DNA of 63,679 nucleotides, filler included, from Circinaria calcarea (Eukaryota): NCBI GenBank assembly GCA_051942165.1. It is 20 parts of 20 records of this genome, joined end to end, with 100 filler letters (N's around TTAATTAATTAA, not from the genome) between each part and the next. Parts side by side here need not be neighbours in the genome. Positions count along the whole stretch, not along the records: positions 51,092 to 54,165 come from JAVECS010003054.1; positions 54,266 to 57,338 come from JAVECS010003055.1; positions 57,439 to 60,510 come from JAVECS010003056.1; positions 60,611 to 63,679 come from JAVECS010003057.1; 16 more parts are not named here. One strand, 5' to 3'. Shown piece by piece: positions 53,434 to 63,679 of this stretch (position 1 is its first letter; each line of letters starts with the position of its first letter). The notes under the pieces were generated by a model. It saw only the letters and a program-made list of their open reading frames with translations, ran no database searches and was not told where the DNA came from. The position numbers and the translations under genes were made by a program.

Positions 53434-54165
53434 TCATGGCTGCAGCAAGATCTCTGCCCTACTTGTCAATACAGGCGAACCAGTAAACATACCTAATCCA
53501 CCGCGGGTACTCACCTGTCAAGAACTCCTCAAAACTCAACGTTATGTACCCATCTCTATCACTATCATACTTCTTGAAAATGTCTGTCATGCGCTTTAGG
53601 CTTATACAACTCTGTACAAAAATATCAAAGCTCATCTGGTTGTTGCCTCTTTTATCATACGTTCTGTACAACAAGCTGACAAATGGTATGGTAAGGTGAT
53701 AACCAAATGCAACGAGTGCCTTGGAATATTCATCAAAGCATATATAGCCACTACCGTCTTCGTCGAAGCGTTCGAACAGAGTACGCCAGGCAGCAAGGAA
53801 ACCCCAAAGGGCGCTGAGGGCATTAGCAGGTCGGGGAGATCATAGTTGAAGTCCGTATATACCAAAACTCATCGAATCCAATGGTGCCGCTCCTATCCGC
53901 ATCAAACATTCTAATCATCATCTTCACTGTATGAGGATCAAATTGGGTGAAGTCGCCATTGACAAGAGCAGCGCGAAGCTCCTCCTCTGTCAATTGGCCT
54001 GTGCCTCTTCTATCCACCGCCTTGAAGAGAGGGAACAGGGCACCATCTGCGTTTCCTTGAGCAAGTGGCGGACGCGAGAGAGGGGGCGAGCGTAAAGGCC
54101 GTATTTGTTGCGGTGTTACATGATTATGATGTTGTGGGGGCGAATACGCGGCCGCATCATTAGAA
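53434..54165 (-). CDS. PEF1: Penta-EF-hand calcium-binding protein (peflin), spliced, 5' truncated
   Basis: LFPLFKAVDRRGTGQLTEEELRAALVNGD..MFDADRSGTIGFDEF|CALWGFLAAWR..FKKYDSDRDGYITLSFEEFLT|EILLQP*. Confidence 0.93.
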
Positions 54166-54275
54166 NNNNNNNNNNNNNNNNNNNNNNNNNNNNNNNNNNN
54201 NNNNNNNNNTTAATTAATTAANNNNNNNNNNNNNNNNNNNNNNNNNNNNNNNNNNNNNNNNNNNNATCTATCCTC

Positions 54276-54363
54276 CTCTCTCCTCTCTCCTCCCTCCTCT
54301 CTCCTCTCTCCTCTCTCCTCTCTCCTCTCTCCTCTCTCCTCTCTCCTCTCTCCTCTCTCCTCT
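54276..54363. repeat. (TCCTCTC)n heptamer pyrimidine microsatellite, ~12 copies
   Basis: Read directly near the contig start. Confidence 0.9.
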
Positions 54364-54681
54364 AATCTACTACAAGTCCAAATCCAGTAAGTCTGAAAGC
54401 AGCCCAGCCCCGGGGCCGAAAGTTAGAGTAGAGTAGCGTACCCGACACCGGAAAAGACAAACCGGGTAGTGATTTATGCATGCATGAATCATGTATCATG
54501 TAGCAGTGGGAGGGAGATCTTTACACGCAGGACACGTAGAAGAGAAAAACCGGTACTCGAATGACGGGAGGGAGAACGAATTATCCTAATATTTAAAACC
54601 CCTACCCTACGGCACGGGGCAATCAGGTTCAATCATGTACGTATTACTTCTCGCAGGCAGCTAATCGTGCCCAAGGGTAAA

Positions 54682-54719
54682 TTTTGAAAAAATTATTTCG
54701 CGAAATAATTTTTTCAAAA
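54682..54719. repeat. Perfect 38-bp palindrome TTTTGAAAAAATTATTTCG|CGAAATAATTTTTTCAAAA
   Basis: 19-bp arms are exact reverse complements with no spacer. Confidence 0.95.
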
Positions 54720-54733
54720 GCACTAACAAGTTA

Positions 54734-56564
54734 GTGCCAGTCAGTCGCTTAATAGAAATCAGTCGCATAATAGAACCCTAACTATTTCTTATTACGCTGG
54801 CTTATTTCTCTACATATTTTCTTCATTTGCGCATGCCATTCACGCCTACGTTTCAGCCAACGCCTGCCTTCAGCTACCACTGTTTTTCTGAATTTTACCT
54901 GCTTCGCATATGCTGCTTTTTCTGCTTTTTTTATAATAGCCTCCGCCTGCGCTACCTCATTTACCTGCCGTGCAATGATTCGTGCACGTGTATCTTTCAC
55001 ATACACCACCCCCCCTTTCTGTACTACTCTACTGGAACCTTTCTTTCTTGCTGCACGTTCCAATTCCGCTTTCTGCTGTGTAGCGAGCTGATCTTCGGCT
55101 ATTTGGCCGGAATGGACTCTGGCCATAGCCCCTTTCATGAATTTATAGAGCGTGATTCTGAATTCAGGAGCTATATGAAAAGCTATTTTTTAAATTGCAC
55201 GTTCCACCTTGCCTATATGCTCATAGAGCTGCGGAATAGTATATGGCGTATCAAAAAAAGAGGTTTTCTCAGGAGGAGGAGGAGTAAAGAAACGAGGCCG
55301 AGAAGACAACTGAATCCTTATTATTCGCTGCAAAACTTGCTCTGGGCCCAGTGGGATTAAGCCAGTTTTCCGGAAACTTGACTTGATCGTGCTTTCTTTG
55401 AATGCCGCAGTCCGAATTTCCTCAATTTTCGCTAAAAATTCGATTTTCGAAAATTCAACATCGCCGGTTCGAACAGCATTATCAATGGCTTCGGCGTGAT
55501 AGTGCTTTAATGGCTGAAAGCATATAACATCCAATGGCTGCAGCAGGTGTGTGGTATGCGGCGGAAGGCAGAATGGCACTATATTATGCGCGTCCATATA
55601 TGCAATAAAATCTTTCGTCAAATGGCTTCTATATCCGTCGAATATTAGCATTCTCCACCCCCCTTTTGCACGTTTCGCAGTAAATTTATCAAAATGCTTG
55701 ATCCATTCCATGGCTAATTCATCATTCGAATAGCCTGTATCGCTGACTGAAAGTAGTGTGTCAGGATGGAGCTGTTTAACGATCCATTTTTCAAGGTGTT
55801 GCTTGCCCGCTAATATCAATTGCGGGGGTAATATAATACCAGCAGTACTTACGCATTCAACGGAGGTCACTGATTCTCTATTGTCTGGGTCTGCATATGT
55901 AAGAGGCTTATGCTGATCACGTGTAATAACCCATTGACAGCGTCCAATTCCAATTCGGAAGCCTGTTTCATCCATATTCCAGCAGTCCTCGTCTTGTATT
56001 TCATGCTTTTCTTTTGCTTCCTTAAAGCGTCGAAAATGCTCCAGAATCTCCTCAGGTTTGTGTACGTTTTTACGCTCAGAGGCTAGCGGTTTCTGTTTTC
56101 GAACGACATATTAAGGGTGTCTTTTGAGAAAACGTTCACCCCATTTCGGACCAACCGTGCGAGGTAAGCCTTCACCCGTATGCGCCTGTTTTAGAATGGA
56201 ATTGGCACATTACGACAATATATTCTACCGTGCTGAAACGCCCATATGATCCAGCCTATCAAGGTATTAGCATACAGCCAGCTCTTGGTCCTCCGTAAGC
56301 GCTTTATTGTGCGTGGCCATAGGGGCTTTGCCATGCCATCGATTTCGAAGCCGTTGTTCAGGTACGTCGAATTCACGTGCAGTTTGCGCGACATTGGGTA
56401 TTTCGCACGTGTTTAACGCGATAATAACATCAGCAATTCTGCTCTCAATCAGCTGATATGAAGAAGCCATGTTGAGGTGTATATGCAATGTAATTCATAT
56501 GGCAGGTTGAAATTAATTGATTTTCTATTAAGCGACTGACTTCTATTAAGCGACTGACGGGTAC
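54734..56564 (-). mobile_element. Complete pogo/Fot1-like (Tc1-mariner superfamily) DNA transposon, 1831 bp
   Basis: ~42-bp TIRs (54734-54775, 56523-56564), each with two copies of TCAGTCGCTTAATAGAA; TA on both flanks; internal transposase. Confidence 0.93.
54782..56470 (-). pseudogene. HTH-CENPB + DDE_1 transposase inactivated by 5 in-frame stops
   Basis: AQTAREFDVPEQRL, WNMDETGFRIG, GYSNDELAMEWIKHF, MLIFDGYRSH, LPPHTTHLLQPLDVICFQPLKHY; stops at 56267, 56225, 56210, 56111, 55190; no frameshift. Confidence 0.92.
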
Positions 56565-57034
56565 TAGACTGGCAGGTCTAGTAGTGGGGTACGATTACGT
56601 CTCACATTTTCATAGTTCCAATTCCAAGCACCAGTTATTCGAGGATCATTGCTTTTATTAGGTACAAACCAACAGACAGAGAGAAGAACAAATTCTCTCT
56701 CGCATTATTGCCGTGGCAAAAACAGGAGCTTCACACACTTTGCAGACCAATGACATCTACCAGGCTTCAGCCAATCCCCGTAGGCAAGAGACTTTCAACA
56801 AGGTAACAGCCGATAGTAAGACATGAGCAGAGAAACAGAAACAAACATAACCTACAAGAAAGAAAAAACCAATCAAGTTCTGAAAAAAAAAACCTCTTCT
56901 AGCCGTCCTCACATCTTCCACCGTGCCATTACTTTAGTAGCTACGAAGTGTATCGTACGCGATAGTGGTATCATCAAACAAAAGCAGCCACACGCAGCAA
57001 AGGGAGCAACACAAAGTGTCGAACCAATATTGCT

Positions 57035-57338
57035 CTAAGCCAAACCGCTCAAGACAGGGTTGTTTAAGCCAAGGGTGGTACCAGAGCCAGTATTGCCGTT
57101 GACCACTCCACTGTTTGATTTATTGAGCGAGTAATCCTGAGTGTTGGTGTTGTCAAAAGCTTGATTGACTTGATTGCTAAACACAGCCGAACCGTTAGTC
57201 TGTCCATAACCGGCAGAGGCACCAGCGCCGGTGCCCAGTGCATACTCTGAACCAGATGTCTGACCGTAGCCAGTGCTCATATCGTCGTCATATCCACCTC
57301 CCGTTCTTGGTTGTGCTTGACCCAGAGTAGACTGCCCT
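57035..57338 (-). CDS. Gly/Asn/Ser-rich C-terminus of an unidentified protein
   Basis: Open frame from the contig edge ending TTLGLNNPVLSGLA*. Confidence 0.6.
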
Positions 57339-57438
57339 NNNNNNNNNNNNNNNNNNNNNNNNNNNNNNNNNNNNNNNNNNNNTTAATTAATTAANNNNNN
57401 NNNNNNNNNNNNNNNNNNNNNNNNNNNNNNNNNNNNNN

Positions 57439-58223
57439 GCAGCTTTTGCTGCCAGTGCTAACAGATATCCAGAGAATCTATCATCACAGCTTTCTCGTAC
57501 TCGAGTGGCGTGTTTATAAAGCTCTGCCTGGTCGGAGGCAGCCGACGGAGACGTGGATAAGGACGGGCAAGTGGACTCACTGGACACTTCGCTATCCGGC
57601 TGTGATCGAATGGGATCTAGGTCCGGCACACGGAATGAATGTCGGCGTGGAGCTTTACGGCTCAGCGTTGTCGAAGAGAACCGCGACTCTGGTACCTGGG
57701 GCACTTGTTCAGCGCTTGCTACTGGGGTGTTGTCAGGTGGTACGGGCAGTAGGCTAGGTCGTGTAGGTCTCAGATGTCGGGGCAGTTGAGCGTTGTCTCC
57801 GGGGCAAAGATCAGTCTTGTCGGCAGGACCAAGTGCGGGCGTCGTGTCTCCGCTCTTACGTGACCTCCTGGTCGTTTCAATGAGCTGGGGTTTGAACTTG
57901 GTGGGCCTGGGTGCGGTGGCTATGGGACTTTTCGAGGAATCCGATGAAGATGCGTCTGGCTGGTGCTTTGGCGGAGCATTGGCGACCGGAGGTGAAGATG
58001 GCAGGTTTGCCCCTTTCCTCGAGCTCTTTGTAGATGTTTCCTCCAACTCTGGCACAAAGCGTCGTCGAGGGATGGGGCCATCCGCTGTCGTGTTTGCGGA
58101 ATGTGATGGCCGGTTGCTCCTCACCGTCGTCTCAACGGGCTCAACGACAAAGCGCCGTTGCTTGCTGTTTGTTGATTCAGGTGGAGGCAGTGGCCGCCGG
58201 GAGGGGGATGCAGGAGGAGACAT
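57439..58223 (-). CDS. Pro/Ser-rich hypothetical protein with repeated RRFxxExxET motifs, 3' truncated
   Basis: RRFVVEPVETT, RRFVPELEETS, KFKPQLIETTRRSRK, then HATRVRESCDDRFSGYLLALAAKA. Confidence 0.75.
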
Positions 58224-59244
58224 GTCGAGTGTCGGCAGTGGTGGATGGGGACCGACGGCCGGATTGAGTGACAATAGCCCCTCGGGCGGCTGGTTGGGGC
58301 CAAGAGTGCTCGAGACGGGAAAGAGTGCTCGTGTTCGTCAATCGGGCTGCAGGCGCCGCCAATGATGGGGCGTGGCCGGATTCGGGACGACTACGATGAT
58401 GGCCTTCGGAGCCGCACGTGCACTTGGCTGAGGGGGGCCTCAAGAGAGCAGTATTGCCGCCGGATGTCTGAAGCGCAGTCGGATACGGTAGTCGTAGTCA
58501 TAGTCATGCGGGGGGACAGTAAGACTGGGGTAGCTGCTTCGGAGATATCCCCAGTCGAGATCCAGATGATATCAGGGGCACGTCACCGGGAGCGCGTCGA
58601 GAAGTCCGGCCGTGGCATAAGGCAGCCCTCGTTCAATGGGAAATGGACGACGGAGTAGGTGGGGTACCTATAGGTCGACATTCTGCTGGACGACTGAAAT
58701 CTGTTGAGCCATCCCACGTGGACCGCGTAGCGCAAGGATGTACCGGCATCAGGGCAAGTGGGAGTAGGTATCAATCGTGATTGGCTCGTAGGCGTCCAGG
58801 GGATTACGTACGCTACCCCTCGGCCCTACTCCCAAGGCACTTCATCCCCCGCACTCTGTTCGTTACCTCTGATTACCAGTACGCTACTCTATCGTTGCAG
58901 TCCATCTTCGTCCGGGACCGAAGATGCCGCCTCTCGACTGTGCTAATTGATTACACGGGAGGAGATGCAAAAGCTCATCAGTTGATAGTGACCGTCGAAT
59001 AGCCAGCTTTGCCTGGGTTTGAAGCCGAAACATCCATGTGGAAATCCCCTCAATTGAAAAGATTGGGGCCAAGCAGGTCATGAAGATTGCAATATAGTCA
59101 CCGGTAATGACTCTCGATCGTTATTATCCTTTTCCACCGATCGAACCTGCTCTTCGGCCGCGAGGCCACACTGGTGGCTATTGTCCGTTGACAAAAAAGT
59201 CGACAGACAATCATTGCACGTACTCTGCCGCCGCAAGAGATCTC

Positions 59245-59700
59245 GAGATTCGGCCACTCTGCACGCCAAGCAGACGCCCCTCAAGGAGTAATATCGGAAT
59301 AGTCTACTGTGTATCCGCCGCCATTGTCACCCTGAAATCGTCCGGCTCGCTCGATTCGGCCTCGATCACCTGTAGTCATCCACCGGCCAAGGTGGTGATG
59401 ACCTATCGGGAGAGCGGGGACATGCTACTAGTGGCTTATGCAAACGTTACCTTAAAAGCCGTTGCGACCGCTCTGGACATACATTCAACTGCGATCCGGC
59501 ACGGTACGTGTGGAAGGAGATTTGGATTTCAGAGGCACTTTGGGCGTGAACAAGACTACCCCCGTTGGTTTCCAGGAGATACGCTTGTCGTTCGATCTCG
59601 ACACCGATGCAGACCAGCCGAAGCTGCACCCGCTTTTAAAGCTGACCGAGAGATCTTGTCGTGCTACTGACCATAGCTCAAAGGCCGAAGCTAAGCTGTA
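59245..59700 (+). pseudogene. OsmC/Ohr-family gene remnant
   Basis: DSATLHAKQTPLKE*YRN / AAIVTLKSSGSLD..SGDMLL..VTLKAVATALDI / VEGDLDFRGTLGVNKTTPVGFQEIRLSFDLDTDA..LLKLTERSC, split by a stop and frameshifts. Confidence 0.8.
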
Positions 59701-59802
59701 CGGTAAACAATGCTGTTTGCATTTACAGTCTTTAGAGTATGGGTATTTACCTTACAGTGGTCGTAAGAATCTCAAACCTTCCAAAGCAAAGGACCGTCCA
59801 CA

Positions 59803-60510
59803 TCACCATTGGTGGCCGTCGGGATTACCAGCCGCATTTCCCTTCCAACCGTTGCCAACATTGCCCTGACTGCCATTCGTGTTGTTCCAGTGAGAAGCCT
59901 CTCCGCCGCCGCCGCCATTTGGGTTAGCACCCAGCCAATTATTGCCATTCCATCCGCTGTTCTGACCCGTATCACCACCCCTCCCGGTTCCAGCGTTGCC
60001 CCCATTTGCAGCGCCATTGCCGTTCTGACTTACCCCACCCCAGTTGGAGTTAGCACCAGTAGCGTTTCCATCCTGACCGTTTGAGTTCCCTAGGCCACCG
60101 TTATCCCCATCACCTTTCCAGGCTGCTCCGATGTTGACAGTATCACTTTGATCCTGAGCACCCTGCTTGGTATCCCGACCCCAAAGATTGTCCGGGTTGG
60201 GGGAATTCTGGTTTTGGCCATAGTTGCTGTTTACCTGCAGTTGGTTCAGCTTATTGCTGACTTGACCCATATCGATGCCAATTCCGGTTGCTTCTTGATC
60301 GCGGTTGAGGGGTTCAAAGCCCGATACCGAAGGCTGGGGGAAAGGCGGCCATGCAACCGGTGCCGGACTTCTCGACTTGGCGCTCGAAGTCTATAGGTCA
60401 AAGTTAACTTCATCGGCCCTGATAAATCAGCGGGAACCTGATGGACCTACCTTGATCTTATTAAACATGTGCTCGATAAGTTCTTCTTTCGGAAGATCTT
60501 GAAGTCTTTT
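59803..60510 (-). CDS. C-terminal part of a protein with a Gly/Asn-rich, Trp-spaced low-complexity tail; 5' truncated
   Basis: ..ELIEHMFNKIK|TSSAKSRSP.. (GTAGGT..TAG intron), ending ..GNPDGHQW*. Confidence 0.75.
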
Positions 60511-60610
60511 NNNNNNNNNNNNNNNNNNNNNNNNNNNNNNNNNNNNNNNNNNNNTTAATTAATTAANNNNNNNNNNNNNNNNNNNNNNNNNNNNNNNNNN
60601 NNNNNNNNNN

Positions 60611-61581
60611 CGGAGTCGGAAAGGGTGGAATCGGGCGTGGAGAAGTTCTTGGAAAGATGGTTGAGGATAGGCATCAAGCGGTCGCCTTCATCGAGGCTGG
60701 GGAAGGCGCGGGCTGTTAGCTAGTTGGTTATGTTAGCATTGGTTTCAATGAGATTGGCGAAGACGGTCTCAGCCAAATACCTCCAAGCCCTTGTCGAGTC
60801 TGGCACTGAACTCTGCGAGCACCATGCTCAATTGTTCCCGAACGGGTACATAGGCAATGCCCCTCTTGATAAATACCTTTCGGCTCTCCACTAACTCAGG
60901 GACCGTCTCCCAGTCTACTTTGAACCATCCGGCCTCCTCCACCTCTTGTTTTTTTATGCCAGGAGTCGCGGCTAGAAGTTGAGGTACAAGTTCCTTCTTC
61001 TCCTCTTCGGGCACGCCTTGCCAGTTGAGATCCAAAGATTTGACAAAGTCTTGTCTTTCCGTTCCGTCGTCGTTTTGGAAGCGTAACCGGAACAAGGCAC
61101 TCTCAATGCGGCCAAACCTACGGCGTAAATCTTCAGTTGAGGAAAAGGCGAGGCGAAGAATGAAGTGTGAATAGTGGTCCTTTCTACGCTCGTGCTTTAG
61201 CCTTTCGTCTTTGGGATCGCCGCGTGCGGAACTATTTGTAGACAGAGGTAGATATTTGTCGAGCAACGGTCTGATATGGGCTTCAGTCTCTGCCGGCGTT
61301 TTGTTGCGGAACGAGCAGGCTTCGAGCTCGGCAAGTACTGACGTATATGTAAGCGGTGTCATGTAAAGGTCCTGCTTGTGATTGGACGTACTTCTCAGCC
61401 TGTCTATGGCCCATTGTTCGAACTCTTCAAGCGTGATCTCGGCCGTAGGTGGAACGGTGTACAGGTTGAGCCTATGTGGGTATTCCGGTTCGGTGTACGT
61501 CGCATTCGCGAATTGTTTCCTTCTGTAACTGATGGCATTTTTCCGCTTCGGATCGATGCGATTGTTGTCGTATCGGATCAT
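60611..61581 (-). CDS. PRI2: DNA primase large subunit (p58), spliced, 3' truncated
   Basis: YPHRLNLYTVPPTAEITLEEFEQWAIDRL, ERRKDHYSHFILRLAFS, FKVDWETVPELVE..GIAYVP, LTARAFPSLDEGDRLMPILNHL. Confidence 0.96.
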
Positions 61582-63291
61582 CTTGATCGACGAGATCTCC
61601 AGTGTTATCAATCTCCCTCTGTGGAACGTTCCTCCTGTGAAGTTAAAACGATCTTTAATCGCGTGCTGAAGTTCAAAGATAACGCGTCAAGCGCAAAGCG
61701 CGAATCCTGGTTCAATGTTGACGAGGTGCACTAAAGGTAGTGGGCTACTTCACCTATAGGGCTATAAGCATGAGTTGCTCACTAGCTGTCTATCCATGGA
61801 AACAGGTGTTAGCTGCGGGTTTCAGGAAGAGAAACTCATACATCCTCTACGTAGATGCTACTTTGGAGGCGGTGGAGCGGGAGATTTTCCTATACTACAA
61901 CGGCCAAGGAACGTTGCTGACGAGAGCAACTTTCACTACGGAGTAATGAAACCCGCAGCAGCTCCTAGACATTGGCTCATCAACCTTGACAGGAAATCCC
62001 ATGGTGACAGAGAGGGTAGGTCTTTTCTTACTAAGCGCATTCCCTTTACGAGAAATGGGTTGGTATTGCTGGTATGGTAGCGAGTCCGGCAAAGCTTGCT
62101 GAAATCATGAGAAAAACTAATTTGAATGGAAAATCTTCCTTGACCCCTGAACCCTCATTGGTGGCGGATGAGCAGAAGTTCGTGGCCGAAAATTCTAGTC
62201 GGAATGGACCGTGCACACTATACTAGGACGGGGGTTTTTAGTTCCGCCGCACAAATTACTATGTAAATGGGCATTTCTTCTCCGCTGATTGGCCAAAATT
62301 AAAGATTTGTTAGTGCCCGAGACCCCCTGTACCGTGCACGGTCCACTCAGTCAGAGCAACACGTTAAGGGACAGAAGTGCTGTTTGCAAGACTCGAGCAA
62401 TAGGTAGCGGGGAATGGAGCAGCCCACGTAAAGTACAGTTTGATTGCTGCCCCGCAATCCCTAGAGAAGCAATGATGGCAAGAGCGCACGCCTCGTACCG
62501 CTCTTCTCCCCCACGAGCTGTAATGGCCCATGCTCCATGGATGGGACCCCTAAATCTGGTATTCATCGGTGGGCCCACACCCTTACCGCTGGAACAGCAA
62601 CGTGTAGGCGGCAAGTAGCACCTATCGCACTCTGGTCCCGGCCTGTTGATGTGATGAGGCGTCTAACAGGAAGCCTGCACGGTCATAAGAGCGCTAACCG
62701 TTTTGTAATCGTACCACACGAGTCTTGTTTCCCCACCAAAACCGTCACCTGACTGCCCGACAGCGCTCTCCGGCGAGGAATGGACCTCGATGCCCTCCTG
62801 ACGCTGTCGCGACGCCAGACAAATGACCTTGGGTCTTACCACATGGATGCTGGCTAGGCCGGTTCGGGACACCCCCCCCTCAGGCCATAATCGATAAAAG
62901 GATGATGAGGATTCCATGGCGATTTCGCCCCTGCGGGCGTATGCGGTCTGTTGGGTATGGGCGAAGCTGTCAGGACACGATCAGCAAATGCTGATGACCA
63001 GTATATAGCAGGCCAGTCCTGAGTGGGCTCCTTTCTGGGGATGGCGCTATCGAGAGATAAGAGAACATCGACCTGCATGAACGCTATATGCCCTTCAAGA
63101 CCATCTACCCCCGTTCGTTAAACCGATTTCCACCGTTTCCATGCACCTTTAGCTCTCGCTTCGCCGGTTCTTCTTATTAGCTGCATCGGGCTGGGTTAGG
63201 TGGATCAGATTGCCAGGTCGTGTTTCGCAATCTCCTTGAAAAATTGCATGGTCGGTGCAGTCTTTTCCTGCCCCTCCAGAAGGTTGTCGAA

Positions 63292-63332
63292 GAACAATAA
63301 CAACAACAATAGCGTAACGAGCAACGACAACT
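63292..63332. repeat. Imperfect (AAC)n trinucleotide tract
   Basis: aacaataacaacaacaatagcgtaacgagcaacgacaac. Confidence 0.6.
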
Positions 63333-63679
63333 ACAGAATCACCATATTACCATCATCGCGACTCGTAGCTTTCCTGGAGTGGTTCTCTGGCAATAACCTT
63401 GCCTCTCAAGGTGTTACCAGCTGTTGCCCCTTCTGATCGCATCGTCGTCCATGTCCTTACTCATATCGCTTGCCTCTTGATTACCGGCTGCAGATCGAGC
63501 TTATCTCAACACCTTCCCTGCCCTTCTTGTCGATCTTTACAGCAGACCCGAGTCGAGTCGTCGCTCTCCGACACCATCCTACTCGGCTATTCTCCACAGT
63601 AAACCTACGTTAAACGCCTGCCACTACCTTGAGCCGCAACACTCTCCTTGCACGCCTTATAGCGTCTCAACAAATAGCA

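Noticed and set aside
54782..56470. In-frame TAA/TAG as stop-to-Gln recoding
   Set aside because: Housekeeping genes end normally in TAA/TAG and have no internal stops; RIP-like mutation explains the pattern

Overview
This window is not one contiguous locus. It is 20 short contigs of about 3.07-3.11 kb, sorted by decreasing length and joined by an artificial 100-nt linker (N44-TTAATTAATTAA-N44, stops in all six frames). The DNA is from a filamentous ascomycete (Pezizomycotina). Short GT..CTRAY..YAG introns, HET, DMATS and GH71 genes support this; a lichen-forming fungus from a fragmented assembly is my inference only. Recognisable, mostly truncated genes include COX5, ATP2, NCE102, ERV25, PUS7, a GH71 glucanase, GCP6, EAF7, a patatin, ERG10, PHO85, a DMATS prenyltransferase, a UNC-93-like MFS protein, RPB2, PEF1 and PRI2. 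There is one complete 1.83-kb pogo/Fot1-type DNA transposon inactivated by RIP-like stops, and several pseudogenes (BTB, HExxH, PS-decarboxylase, OsmC-like). Adjacency across linkers is meaningless, so no gene cluster or multi-gene system can be claimed. The best leads are single-locus: a protein with a possible aegerolysin/actinoporin-like domain, a WG/GW-rich tail, a possible intronization event, a perfect 38-bp palindrome beside the transposon, and a long in-frame N-terminal extension on PHO85.
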